The translations under genes and the position numbers were made by a program. Under the pieces are notes generated by a model. The model searched no databases. It saw nothing but the letters and a program-made list of their open reading frames with translations, and was not told the origin of the DNA. 64,000 bases of DNA from Giardia intestinalis (lineage: Eukaryota): assembly GCA_000002435.2 (NCBI GenBank), contig CM018790.1, one strand, 5' to 3'. Positions within the stretch are counted from its first letter, which is position 1; every line of letters begins with the position of its first letter. Of the stretch, positions 19,174 through 28,875 are shown piece by piece.

Positions 19174-20617
19174 GGCTGGAGCCACATAAAGACTTCATGA
19201 TATCCGGAGGAAAGTTCCGGTTTTAGCAGTAGCCAGACGTGAGTTATGGATGCGCATTGACGATGCAGGACGCTAAACCCCGTTGATTACTTCTAAACAA
19301 TACACCCTACGAAAGCTCGTGCATGCGATGATGTACTCTATCTCGCAGCGATAACTCATCGATATGGCCCAGGTGCTTTCCACTGTTGCGCAAATACTTA
19401 TATGTACACTGCCAAACTGAGGGGCAAAGATGGCTTAACAGAACATAGTAGCAATTGATGGCTGCAGAAGGCTGCTTGTAGCGTCACCAGTGTAGGTTGA
19501 TACAGGTCCATAAAGACACTGTCCCGGAGAATGCTTCAGCAATTTTACAGTGAGACAGGCATTTCACCGAATGTGCTGTTTACTAGGGTGTAGAATATCT
19601 ACAATAATAGCTTCAGTGGTGCTAGTGAGGCGGTTCTCAGGATGATCGACTGCGGGGTTGGTACTGTGCAGAGTGCAGCCCAGTGACTTGTGTCCTTCAT
19701 TCAACACCGTTCCAGTACTACGTTCGTTAGGAGAGGTGATGGGTGCCTGGAGTAGTCTGACGAGCTCCCTGGCTGTTGATCTTTGAGTGTGGTCTAGAAC
19801 AAGCACTTTCTTGAGGATACTCCTTATGAGGTCATCTTCAACTGCACTCAGGCTGAGCCTTCACCCGTCGACGAAGACATTCCTCAGGTGCTGCTCCCAG
19901 GAGATCAGGCATTTGAAAGCGGAGAGCTCGTAGGCAATAGCACCGAAGACCCGACGTCGGACGCAGGACCGGTCTCGCCCCTGAGGTGGGTCTTGGGGGC
20001 CATGTATGCTTGGTTCCCAAAATGGCACTCCCATTGTGCAGGACATCCTTCAGAGCCCGAAGTCCGCAAGAGCTGAGCCTGCCATCTCTGCTGGCATCGA
20101 CCTTGTCGGGGTCGTGAAGGTAGGCGAGGATGATGGCAATCTGCTCCATGATGGAGAGCATTGCATCGATAGGGTTGTCGGTTCTTGCACAATCGGTAAT
20201 CGCATCTTGAGGCACCGATCCCAGCGGTCCATGACGATGAAGACAGATCAGGCGTCTCTGAGCACCTGGTAGTGCCTAATGGCATCTAGGTGTGAGCGTC
20301 TGGAAATGGTGGCCAGCACGACCCAGTGGCCTCCGTGAGCTTCCCACTCTGAGCCTTGGATAACTACCTATCACATGGACAGTACCAAAACTGCCCACAT
20401 CAAGCACCCCTCCTCGCATCGATGCAGCTCGTCGGCGGGCACAGGATATCGAGTGCACCGTCCCCGGCCATGACGGTATCAACGGCACTGTGCAGAGCAC
20501 GCTCGGGGGCAGGGGAGCGGCCACCCCTGCTCCCGGTTGCAGGCTGGCTGGCGAAGTATACGAGGCGCACCCGCTTGTCAGGCAGCTGCACCACTAGTGA
20601 CGCATTTACTACCTAAG
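19174..20617. other. Roughly 1.45 kb GC-rich region with only short, mutually overlapping ORFs on both strands. No confident gene; possibly a decayed gene.
   Basis: Lies between convergent stop codons (transporter + strand, VSP - strand). Composition is unlike the short AT-rich intergenic regions elsewhere in the window. Minus frame 2 is open from about 20524 to 19838 except for one stop near 20276. Confidence 0.3.
20604..20610 (-). terminator. Putative polyadenylation signal AGTAAAT (minus strand), about 8 nt downstream of the VSP stop codon
   Basis: Reverse complement of atttact, matching AGTRAAY, sits immediately 3' of ...CRGKA-TGA, as is typical for VSP genes. Confidence 0.5.
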
Positions 20618-22816
20618 TCACGCCTTCCCCCTGCAGAGGAACCACCAGCAGAGGAAGCCCACGAGGCCCCCCACGACAGCGACCACAGCGACGGAGATCC
20701 CCGCGATGGCCCCCGTGGAGAGCCCGCTCCTGTTGGTGTTCTGTATGAGGTAGCAGAGGACAGGCCCTTTATTGTTGGTTGGGGGAGCGCAGTTGGCGCA
20801 GTTGGCGACGCCGGTGATGGATCCGCCGTCGCTCTTGTCGCATGCTATGCACTTTTCTTTGGACAGGTAGTACCCTGCAGCGCACACCGTGCACTTGGTG
20901 GCGTCGTCCGCATTGCACTCGGAGCACCCAGTGGCGCAGGGAACGCACTTCTTAGTGTTACCGCCAGTCTTAGCATATCCAGCCTTGCACGTGTCGCACT
21001 GGTCCTGGCTGGTGCACGTCTTACATCCGGCCGAGCAAGTGATGAGCGCGCCGTTATTCAGTTTGTACCCGTCGGCCGGAGTCTGACAGGTATCGCCGGC
21101 CGGTGCTGCCTCCTCACAGACGTTCTTTCCAGGGAACTTAGTCGTCTCGTAGCAGCCCCCGTTCATACGAAGAAATCCGTTGGTGCATGAATTACACATA
21201 CCCTTGGCAACGCTTCCAGCCTTACAAGTGGCTGCAGCACGGACAGTTGTTGAGCTACAGACGCCATTTTGAGGATACTCTGTCGCTGTGGCGCACTCAG
21301 AGCAGTAGCTAGCACCATCGATAGTGAGCCCACACGTCTTGCATGCTCCTGCTCCTGTGCCCGTTGCGCATCCAGCTCCGCACGTGCCCTTAGTACCGTC
21401 GTCCCCGTACCTGAGTGCTTTTCCGGTGGGACACTCGGTGCAGTCGCTGGCAGTGCCTGCGCTGCATGTCTTGCAGCTTTCGTGGCACGGAGAGCATGCG
21501 TCGCCGTTTTTATAGAATCCGTCGCTGCATGCTTGGCACTGCCCTTGCCCATCGCAAGTCTTGCAGTTAGCCGCAGTGCACTCTTTACAGATTTTCTTTG
21601 CTCCTTCGGTAGCTCCATAGTAGTTTCCAATCTTAGCGCAGCTGTCTATGCACTGGCTTGTCGGCGTGAGATATGTGCTACTATCACAGTCTGTGCAGAC
21701 CTCGTTCTCCTTTCCTTCGTTGCTGCACGCCTTGCATCCGGGGGTCTTGCAGTTGCTTACCGCCTCGCACGTAGTTTTGTCGGCACTAGGCTTGTATCCA
21801 TCCGTGCAGGCGGAGCATGTAACGAGGGCAGCCCCTGATCGGCCACTAACCAGAGCACACGTGGCGCAATTGGCAATTCCGTCGGTGCTGTCATTACAAG
21901 GGAGGCATTTATTTCCTGCACTGCTGTCATCCTTGGGGAAGAAGCCGTCTTTGCATTGGTCTTTTTGTACGCACGACGTGCCTTCGCTTGTGGTTTTCAG
22001 GTAGTTGTTATCGGTGCATTTTGTACACTTGATCTTCTTAGATTGCTCATCGTAGCTGCAGGTGTCGCAATTGGCAACGCCACCATTGAGGTTATCGCTG
22101 CAAGAAACACATTTGTTGCCATTCTCAGAATCATCAACTGCAACGAACTTATTAGTGCTACCAGAATCGCACTGGGCTTTATCCACACACGTATTATCCT
22201 TGAGGTACTTATCCTGGCCGCACCTGGTGCACTTGGCGTCTCCGCCGGCAGCGTCTGTCAGCGCCGCCCCGTCGCATCTCTCGCAGTACTGCACCCCCCT
22301 GTACGTTTTGCCGCTGTCGGTGAACCCGGTCGTGTCCGAGCACGATACCACAGAGTCCTTGGTATTCGCCCTCAGCGGGTTGAGGAAGTACCCCGGGGCC
22401 GCCTCGGTGCATACGCCATCTCCGTCGGAACTTAAGCACAGGCTGTGTCCAGGAAGGCCTTCTCCGCTGGAATAACAGCCGTCCTTGTACATGAATGAGT
22501 TGCCTCCGCACGTCGTACAAGCCCCGCTGGCGTGTGCTTTGCAAAGAGCTTTTTTATCCGCCTGCGTCTCCACGTCCTCACAAGCACCGTTCACGGGGGC
22601 GTAGTTTGCTCCGTTGCACTCGGAGCAGTATTGTTCTTGGCCGATGGTGACGCCACACGTTTTACACTTTCCATCGTCAGCTTCTTGGGTGCAGGCTGTC
22701 CGTGCCAGCTGAAGGATGACGATCGCGAGCAAAAATCTGCCGAACATTGGGCCGCCGACCTGCTGGGCGGCGCCGGCCTTCCCTGGGAGAGGCGGGGTCG
22801 TCTGATGTGCCGACAT
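20618..22816 (-). CDS. vsp: Variant-specific surface protein (VSP): cysteine-rich type I membrane protein with many CXXC motifs, a GGCY motif, a C-terminal TM helix and an invariant CRGKA tail
   Basis: The C-terminus reads ...GISVAVVAVVGGLVGFLCWWFLCRGKA then stop. There are dozens of CXXC repeats (CKTCG, CSECN, CTTCG and others) and NGGCYETT. A probable signal peptide starts at the internal Met (MFGRFLLAIVILQLARTA, ATG near 22747), 23 codons after the first ATG at 22816. Confidence 0.9.
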   Translation of the reverse strand: MSAHQTTPPLPGKAGAAQQVGGPMFGRFLLAIVILQLARTACTQEADDGKCKTCGVTIGQEQYCSECNGANYAPVNGACEDVETQADKKALCKAHASGACTTCGGNSFMYKDGCYSSGEGLPGHSLCLSSDGDGVCTEAAPGYFLNPLRANTKDSVVSCSDTTGFTDSGKTYRGVQYCERCDGAALTDAAGGDAKCTRCGQDKYLKDNTCVDKAQCDSGSTNKFVAVDDSENGNKCVSCSDNLNGGVANCDTCSYDEQSKKIKCTKCTDNNYLKTTSEGTSCVQKDQCKDGFFPKDDSSAGNKCLPCNDSTDGIANCATCALVSGRSGAALVTCSACTDGYKPSADKTTCEAVSNCKTPGCKACSNEGKENEVCTDCDSSTYLTPTSQCIDSCAKIGNYYGATEGAKKICKECTAANCKTCDGQGQCQACSDGFYKNGDACSPCHESCKTCSAGTASDCTECPTGKALRYGDDGTKGTCGAGCATGTGAGACKTCGLTIDGASYCSECATATEYPQNGVCSSTTVRAAATCKAGSVAKGMCNSCTNGFLRMNGGCYETTKFPGKNVCEEAAPAGDTCQTPADGYKLNNGALITCSAGCKTCTSQDQCDTCKAGYAKTGGNTKKCVPCATGCSECNADDATKCTVCAAGYYLSKEKCIACDKSDGGSITGVANCANCAPPTNNKGPVLCYLIQNTNRSGLSTGAIAGISVAVVAVVGGLVGFLCWWFLCRGKA

Positions 22817-23252
22817 GCACTAACAACGGCTACTGAACGTTAAAGTAACCAGCATTCACACTGGTATTTCGTTACTGACAGAGTAAAGTATGATTATGCG
22901 CTAGAGATAAGGTCCCAAGTCTGGATTTGCATTAGGATGAGCGAGTACACCACCAATTAATTAAGACAGCGTAAACACACTACAATTATATAACCAATAT
23001 CAAATGAAGCTGATTAGATGCGTACCTTTATAGGCTCCATGGCCATATGTACTCCTGACTTGGAATTTAAATGAATTTTAACAGCTCAGTGTGCACCTAG
23101 TTCACATGTCAAGTTGCCAATTGTCAAGTCGACCAGATGAGTGACAGCTTAACGGCAGGTGTAATCAGCATACTAAGAGATGACTAGGTGATGGGGGCTC
23201 ATATTAAATTAAAAAGCTTGCCCATCAACCACAAACAAATTTTTTGCCAAAA

Positions 23253-24464
23253 ATGTCTCTCTCCTCGGACTTCATCCGTACACCCATTTTCGATAAGATT
23301 CTGTCCACGATAACAGCCAGCATAACAGACTTTAGCACTCGGCAAGCGCCTCTTTTAGCCTATTCGACCATCGAGCCCTCTATGCAGAACGTTAAGAGCG
23401 CATCTGCCGCTGCTGCTCCTGCTGCTCTTTCTCCGTACGTCATAAACCTCATAGACGACACCATATCTAGATTCAAAAAGCATCCTTTTAGACTTAGTTT
23501 TGATATCAATCATCATCAACCTGAGAAGTTAGAGGCCCTTAACGCCAGTATTGTGTTCCAGTATCCATATAAACTGAGTCCAGTTGACCGAAAGAAGCTC
23601 TCTCCTACAGATCCTATTCTGGGAAGTTGGGCCAAAGGGGTCATCTGCGCGCACGTTCAGGGTTGGAAGGGAAGACGGATGGCCAGGTCCTTGATAACTC
23701 CACGAGATGTGCTTCCATTGACAGAGATGCACCTGTATCGTTGCCAGCAGGCGGTTCTTCGCGCCCGCAAGGAGCAGAATGTTATCCCAGTCAACGTGCA
23801 GACGGGGCAACCTGCGGTTTCCGACAAGAAGAAGGTTCTGTCGTCAATACTCACTACTCCTGGATCCACTCCCGTGGCCAGTACACCCTCTGGATCAGGG
23901 CTCAATCTCCAACTTATCCGAGACAATCGCGCAATTCTCAAATCTGTTCTGAAAGAATTCAATGTCCAGTTTGAGAAGCGGTTTAATAGAGAGCCCAGTA
24001 GGACAGAGAAGGAGGCCCTCCGTCCCCTCTATGTTGAATACAAAACTCTTAAGGTGTTTCTTCCGGATGACGACGACGATGATAAGCCGAGCAAGTCCAC
24101 AGGACGTGAGAAGCGTAATCCTACGACTGCAGGATCTGGAAAGTTGGGTTCGGCTGAATCCGAAGCCCTTATTCTTTCTAAGGTTGCACAGGTTCGTGCA
24201 ACTGTTGAAGAAGCGAATAAGTTCTTGCAACGGCCAGTGCCTACGGATCAGGCGCGTCTAAAGCAGTTCAAACGAGAGGTACAGAAGTGTCTCTTTGAAC
24301 TGAAGGAGCAATACGAGACCGTACACGCTGATGTTAATGCTTACAAAGTCAAAACAGGCAAATACCCCGGGGATCTGACATCTAAATGGGCACAGAATTG
24401 TGTTGATACGTATCATATGCTTTATAGCGCATATGAAAAGATCAAGCGGAAGCTGGACGCGTAG
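23253..24464 (+). CDS. Hypothetical protein (about 403 aa from the first ATG)
   Basis: The track start at 23244 is TTG. The first ATG is at 23253 (ccaaaaATGtct). Includes a poly-Asp patch (PDDDDDDKPSK) and a C-terminal helical region. Confidence 0.55.
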   Translation: MSLSSDFIRTPIFDKILSTITASITDFSTRQAPLLAYSTIEPSMQNVKSASAAAAPAALSPYVINLIDDTISRFKKHPFRLSFDINHHQPEKLEALNASIVFQYPYKLSPVDRKKLSPTDPILGSWAKGVICAHVQGWKGRRMARSLITPRDVLPLTEMHLYRCQQAVLRARKEQNVIPVNVQTGQPAVSDKKKVLSSILTTPGSTPVASTPSGSGLNLQLIRDNRAILKSVLKEFNVQFEKRFNREPSRTEKEALRPLYVEYKTLKVFLPDDDDDDKPSKSTGREKRNPTTAGSGKLGSAESEALILSKVAQVRATVEEANKFLQRPVPTDQARLKQFKREVQKCLFELKEQYETVHADVNAYKVKTGKYPGDLTSKWAQNCVDTYHMLYSAYEKIKRKLDA

Positions 24465-24592
24465 CTGACCTCTTGCATCACATAAACTCTCAGTTTTGTC
24501 TTTCACAGCGTCCCCGCTACACTTGCAACACTGCCCAATTGTCCTCTTATGTACGACCCAGGCATTTACTTTGTGCTCGGCACGTCCTCGGG

Positions 24593-25084
24593 TTAGCAAA
24601 GCGGCCCAAGTATGTTGAGTGCACACTTATCCACGCCATCTACTACGTACGTGTTCATTCTAAATCGCACCAATGTCCCCGGGCGTAGCCTGAAGGAGAC
24701 AAGAAGGCCCATGGAGGGACGACCAGGGGTCCGAACCCACTCCCTTAGGTCCTCAATAGAGCAGTAGCTTGCTCCAGTATCTAGATCCTTCACTGAGACA
24801 TAGTCATCAACGTTGACGTCTATCTGGCGTGCCGGGATGCGATCAAGAGGTATGGTCTTTACCTGAGAAAGAGGTTGGCTGAAAGAGAATTTCAGACGGA
24901 ATCTGTCCGCTCCTCTGTATGTACCAATTATCTCTGAGGATATCCAATTGGATATGACGCCTTTTTCGTCGTGAAGAACCACATCAGACTGTCGTGCCGC
25001 CGTACTAAAGTAGACGTTTTCCTTAGTGTAGATGCATGCTGCTCTGGCGATCGTGGGCATACGAATCTTCTCTGGCGCTTGCAT
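24593..25084 (-). CDS. Small hypothetical protein (163 aa)
   Basis: Begins at a true ATG and the sequence is protein-like, but there is no A-rich initiator context and no recognised motif. Confidence 0.4.
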   Translation of the reverse strand: MQAPEKIRMPTIARAACIYTKENVYFSTAARQSDVVLHDEKGVISNWISSEIIGTYRGADRFRLKFSFSQPLSQVKTIPLDRIPARQIDVNVDDYVSVKDLDTGASYCSIEDLREWVRTPGRPSMGLLVSFRLRPGTLVRFRMNTYVVDGVDKCALNILGPLC

Positions 25085-25287
25085 GGGTGCTCTCTGTCAA
25101 GATGATCAGACTCTTGAGCCCTTGGAGATTTGAAAAACAAATGTTAAGCGATCTGGGCTGCTATAGCCGGTGTACATCCCCACACATTTTTGCACACAGT
25201 TTAAAGCGTCTCGTGCTTTCCGACTTAACGAGTCTTCTTTTACATTACCAAAAATAAGAAACCTGTTTCTGATCTGTTTTAGCGACA

Positions 25288-28200
25288 ATGTGGGATAATC
25301 AAGCAGCTACCACTCCACGGCAGACGCCATTTAGTGACGACGCACATCACCGTGATGAGGTAGGGCTTGTTGGTACAGGACTTGTTAGAAAAAAGGGACT
25401 TGGGCTTATGACTACGATCCTCGTAGTTCCTCTTCATCAGCATCCGCCAGAGGTACAGATAAAGATTGCGCATGCTATGCGTGACTGCTTGAATATCACC
25501 AATCCCTATTTGGCCAGTTATGTAGACGTTACTCACAGCATGCGAGAAGCTAAACTTACCATTGAGACGGAGTTCTTTGGCCGTGGTTCTCTTCGGAAAA
25601 AGATCGACTCTCACTTTAAGCATGGTCTAATTTTTCCTGAAGCAGAGATTTGGAACGTGGTAGCACACATTGCTGCTGGGCTTGCCTATCTTCATAGCCC
25701 TCTTCCACTGCCAGGAAAGAAGGCTGGCTTTCTTCTTCATCTTGGTCTGTCCCCGGACTCATTAATGGTTTATAGTGACGCAGAGTACAAGCTCACAGCG
25801 TATTCTATCAGACAACTTCTGTTTCGGCCCATCCCGCCCGCGGAGTATGCACGGATAATCGGTATCGAATCGGAAAATGCACGTTGGTATATGGCCCCAG
25901 AGCTGCGTCGGGCCTTTTCCAGGTATGGTAGTTTGTGTCAATTGAGTACTAAGTGTGACATTTGGTCTCTGGGCATATTGTTACTGGATATGGTGTCTCT
26001 AGCGCTTTACAGAGACAACACCTCCGATCCTTCGACGGAGCTGGTGAAGAACGACAGCACAATTCCTGCTGTTATTATACTGCCCAATGATGACCGGCCA
26101 CTCAGAGTCAAGATGGACGATCTGAGTGAAGAGCATAATAATAGTACGGATGACGAAGATGCCAAGAGGGTTTCTACGACTTCCTTGTCTTCTTCCGTCG
26201 ACTACCATGGGTTCTGTCATCCTCCACGGTCTCTTCTTAAAACACTCTTGGACGACGGCTTGGACACACCTTATTCAAAGGAGCTTATCACCCTGATCAA
26301 GCAGTGTGTCTCAGAAGATCCCTCGGAGAGGCCTTCTGCCACAATCATATGCAAGCTCCCGTCCGTTCAGGAGGCTTTTTTGCGCTTAGAGGCACATAGG
26401 CTTGAAGATCACAAGTTATTACTGCAGGCGTTGCGGTTGAACGATGTGGCAGCTATACGAACATATATTAGAAGCTTTGATGCCAGTCCTTCGGATATTC
26501 TAAAAGACATCCTCAGTCCATGCTATACTCCGTACATTCAGATTTTCAGCGAGCGCATTCTCCTAAAGAATCTCTTTGTTACACTACCGAGCAGATCCGG
26601 AACCCCGACCTATATTTACACAGACCTCATGCAGGCAGCCGAGTGTGGTGATATACCTGCAATAGAAGCGTCCATCAATCGGGACTTTGGCTATATGTAC
26701 ATGGGATTTTCCAGTGGAACAGCTCTAATGATGGCTGCAAGGGAAGGAAACACAGAGTGTATAAAGCTCTTATTGGCAGAAGTCGGGATAGTAACGGCCA
26801 AAGGAGAGACAGCGCTAATGTATGCGGCTCAGAACGGGTGTCTAGCGGCTACGCAACTCTTACTTTGTGAGGCAAGAAAGCAGAATTATTATGGTGAAAC
26901 TGCTCTTATGTATGCTGTGCAGAACGGATTCGTTCACATAGTCAACCTACTAGCTGCTCGAGAGGCCCAACTTCAGCGAAAGGATGGGCTGACGGCCCTA
27001 ATGCTTGCTGCCAAGCTCGGTCGTGGAAGATGCGTGGCGATCCTAATGCATCACGAGGCGCAAATGCGTTCTTCTTTGGGAGAAACTGCTTTGGAGCTCG
27101 CTCTGAAGTATAGACATGGGCACTGTGCCGACCTGCTTCTGGATTATGAATCTGGCCTGATTTGTAGCAACGGAGCGTCTCCCCTGAGGTTTGCAGTAGA
27201 TAATGGAGCTATCAAAGTTGTCCCGCGTCTATTATATCTTTGCAGATCAATGGAATCGTCCTACTTCATTAATATGATCTATGTGCTGGTTTCAGGGCAA
27301 ACTGCGGAATGCTATGCCAGTCTTCTCATTGCTTACAATCAGCTACTCGACAAGAAACTCTCGCTAACTGTCACTGAGCCAGAGGCAAAGCGTGCCCATC
27401 AAGACAACTGCATCAATGCGTTTTGCTGGGCCCTTAATATGATGAGACCAGATTGTGCATGGAAGGTTCCCATTTTAGTCGACCTCACGGTGCCCCCTGC
27501 TGCAACGTCTGAGGAGCTCTGGGCCTCTGTTCTTGTGCCATATATGGAGAAAAGAGGCATTAGCTGTCAGCTCATTGAGGCCCTTCTTAATTATTCGATT
27601 ATGAAGAAGGATCACGAAATGGTGTGGCATTTGACGCAGTATATTGCAGAGCACACAGATACCATAATCGTCAGCACATGGAAGAGGCACGGAGATCGGG
27701 TTAACTTTAAAACTCGATTAATGGAAAATGCTGAGAACGGGGATCTTTCCGGTGTGCTTGCCAACATGGACCAGTTAGGCTACGTGTATGGAAATGACAC
27801 GGCTCTCTTGCTTGCGGCCAAAAATCATCACTTTGACTGCATTAAGCTTCTCTTGTGTGAGCAAGGCATTACTGGGCCAGACTGTGTCACAGCCCTTATG
27901 GTTACTGCCTGCAAGGGCGATGTCGAATCGCTAAAGCTCCTGTTAACAGAATCGTCCCGTTGTGATGAAGATGGAAACTCTGCTCTGATGCTTGCAGCAG
28001 AAGCAGGACATGACGCATGTGTGCAGTTGCTTATTAAGAGGTGCAAGGTTTACCAAGATCGTGCGGGGCGAACGGCGCTGATTCGCGCCGCGGAGGCCTG
28101 CAATCTAAGCACTGTTAATCTTCTCAGGAACGAAATTGGAGTTGGAGGAATGACAAGGCTTATGGTGTCTGCTGTTCTGGGAGAGGTGAATGGCGTCAAG

Positions 28201-28836
28201 GAGCACATGGAGGAGGCGGGAATGCAAACATGTTGTGGCTGGACGGCTCTTATGTTTGCAGCCAAGGCGGGGCATGTAAAGTGCGTCGAGCTTTTACTAC
28301 AGGAAGCAGGCATCCACAATGGAGACGAGCGCACGGCCATCTTCATGGCAGCCAAGCAGGGTCACAAGGAATGCATAGAGCTCCTATTTGATAAGGAAGG
28401 GGCCCATAGGGACCCGGACGGCTGGACTATCCTGATGGCCACGGCCTACGGAGGACATGCGGAGTGTGTTGGGGCCATTCTGTGTCTCGATGCATTAAGT
28501 GGTGACAGGGAGGCTGCCGGCTTTCAGTCTATTGTTGGAATGAAGGCATATGATGGCAGGACAGCTCTGATGTTGGCTGCTGACCAGGGGCACGCTCAAT
28601 GTGTGAAGCTGCTTCTTGAAAAAGAAGCACAACAGACTGATGTGCTCGGGGAGAGTGCACTCTTCAAGGCCGTCCGGTGGGAGCATCCTGACTGTGTTAC
28701 ATTGCTGGCTCCATACGAAGCCCAGCTCACAAATAAGAACAATCAAACAGCCCTAGATCTCGCCACAGTCATTCTAGGGCGAACCGTAGAAACCAGTGCC
28801 TTACAAACCTGCATTAGTATCCTTACCGAGGAGTAA
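25288..28836 (+). CDS. NEK-like protein kinase domain (apparently catalytically inactive) fused to a long array of ankyrin repeats; the Giardia NEK / Protein 21.1 family architecture
   Basis: N-terminal kinase-like fold with APE (MAPELRRAF) but a degenerate Gly-loop and no VAIK lysine. The HRDLKPxN box is replaced by HLGLSPDSL. The C-terminal two-thirds contain more than 15 ankyrin repeats (GETALMYAAQNGCLAATQLLL, GLTALMLAAKLGRGRCVAILM, GWTALMFAAKAGHVKCVELLL and others). Confidence 0.8.
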   Translation: MWDNQAATTPRQTPFSDDAHHRDEVGLVGTGLVRKKGLGLMTTILVVPLHQHPPEVQIKIAHAMRDCLNITNPYLASYVDVTHSMREAKLTIETEFFGRGSLRKKIDSHFKHGLIFPEAEIWNVVAHIAAGLAYLHSPLPLPGKKAGFLLHLGLSPDSLMVYSDAEYKLTAYSIRQLLFRPIPPAEYARIIGIESENARWYMAPELRRAFSRYGSLCQLSTKCDIWSLGILLLDMVSLALYRDNTSDPSTELVKNDSTIPAVIILPNDDRPLRVKMDDLSEEHNNSTDDEDAKRVSTTSLSSSVDYHGFCHPPRSLLKTLLDDGLDTPYSKELITLIKQCVSEDPSERPSATIICKLPSVQEAFLRLEAHRLEDHKLLLQALRLNDVAAIRTYIRSFDASPSDILKDILSPCYTPYIQIFSERILLKNLFVTLPSRSGTPTYIYTDLMQAAECGDIPAIEASINRDFGYMYMGFSSGTALMMAAREGNTECIKLLLAEVGIVTAKGETALMYAAQNGCLAATQLLLCEARKQNYYGETALMYAVQNGFVHIVNLLAAREAQLQRKDGLTALMLAAKLGRGRCVAILMHHEAQMRSSLGETALELALKYRHGHCADLLLDYESGLICSNGASPLRFAVDNGAIKVVPRLLYLCRSMESSYFINMIYVLVSGQTAECYASLLIAYNQLLDKKLSLTVTEPEAKRAHQDNCINAFCWALNMMRPDCAWKVPILVDLTVPPAATSEELWASVLVPYMEKRGISCQLIEALLNYSIMKKDHEMVWHLTQYIAEHTDTIIVSTWKRHGDRVNFKTRLMENAENGDLSGVLANMDQLGYVYGNDTALLLAAKNHHFDCIKLLLCEQGITGPDCVTALMVTACKGDVESLKLLLTESSRCDEDGNSALMLAAEAGHDACVQLLIKRCKVYQDRAGRTALIRAAEACNLSTVNLLRNEIGVGGMTRLMVSAVLGEVNGVKEHMEEAGMQTCCGWTALMFAAKAGHVKCVELLLQEAGIHNGDERTAIFMAAKQGHKECIELLFDKEGAHRDPDGWTILMATAYGGHAECVGAILCLDALSGDREAAGFQSIVGMKAYDGRTALMLAADQGHAQCVKLLLEKEAQQTDVLGESALFKAVRWEHPDCVTLLAPYEAQLTNKNNQTALDLATVILGRTVETSALQTCISILTEE

Positions 28837-28859
28837 AGTCATTGTCAGAATGACTAGAA

Positions 28860-28866
28860 GTTTACT
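28860..28866 (-). terminator. Putative polyadenylation signal AGTAAAC for the giant minus-strand gene, 10 nt after its TAG stop
   Basis: Reverse complement of gtttact at 28860-28866, matching AGTRAAY. Confidence 0.4.
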
Positions 28867-28875
28867 GCGCTATAA

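Noticed and set aside
20537-22843. Plus-strand ORFs inside the VSP gene (20537..21190, 21269..21838, 21648..22004, 21956..22435, 22062..22475 and others)
   Set aside because: They are antisense to the VSP coding sequence, have Ala/Arg/Leu/Ser-rich antisense composition, and arise because the GC-rich, repetitive Cys-codon sequence lacks stops in several frames.
22817-23243. A possible repeated motif (tgtcaagt ... tgtcaagt) in the VSP upstream region, which could be a VSP-specific promoter element
   Set aside because: There are only two short copies 15 bp apart and I know of no conserved Giardia element that matches. It is most likely chance in an AT-rich divergent intergenic region.
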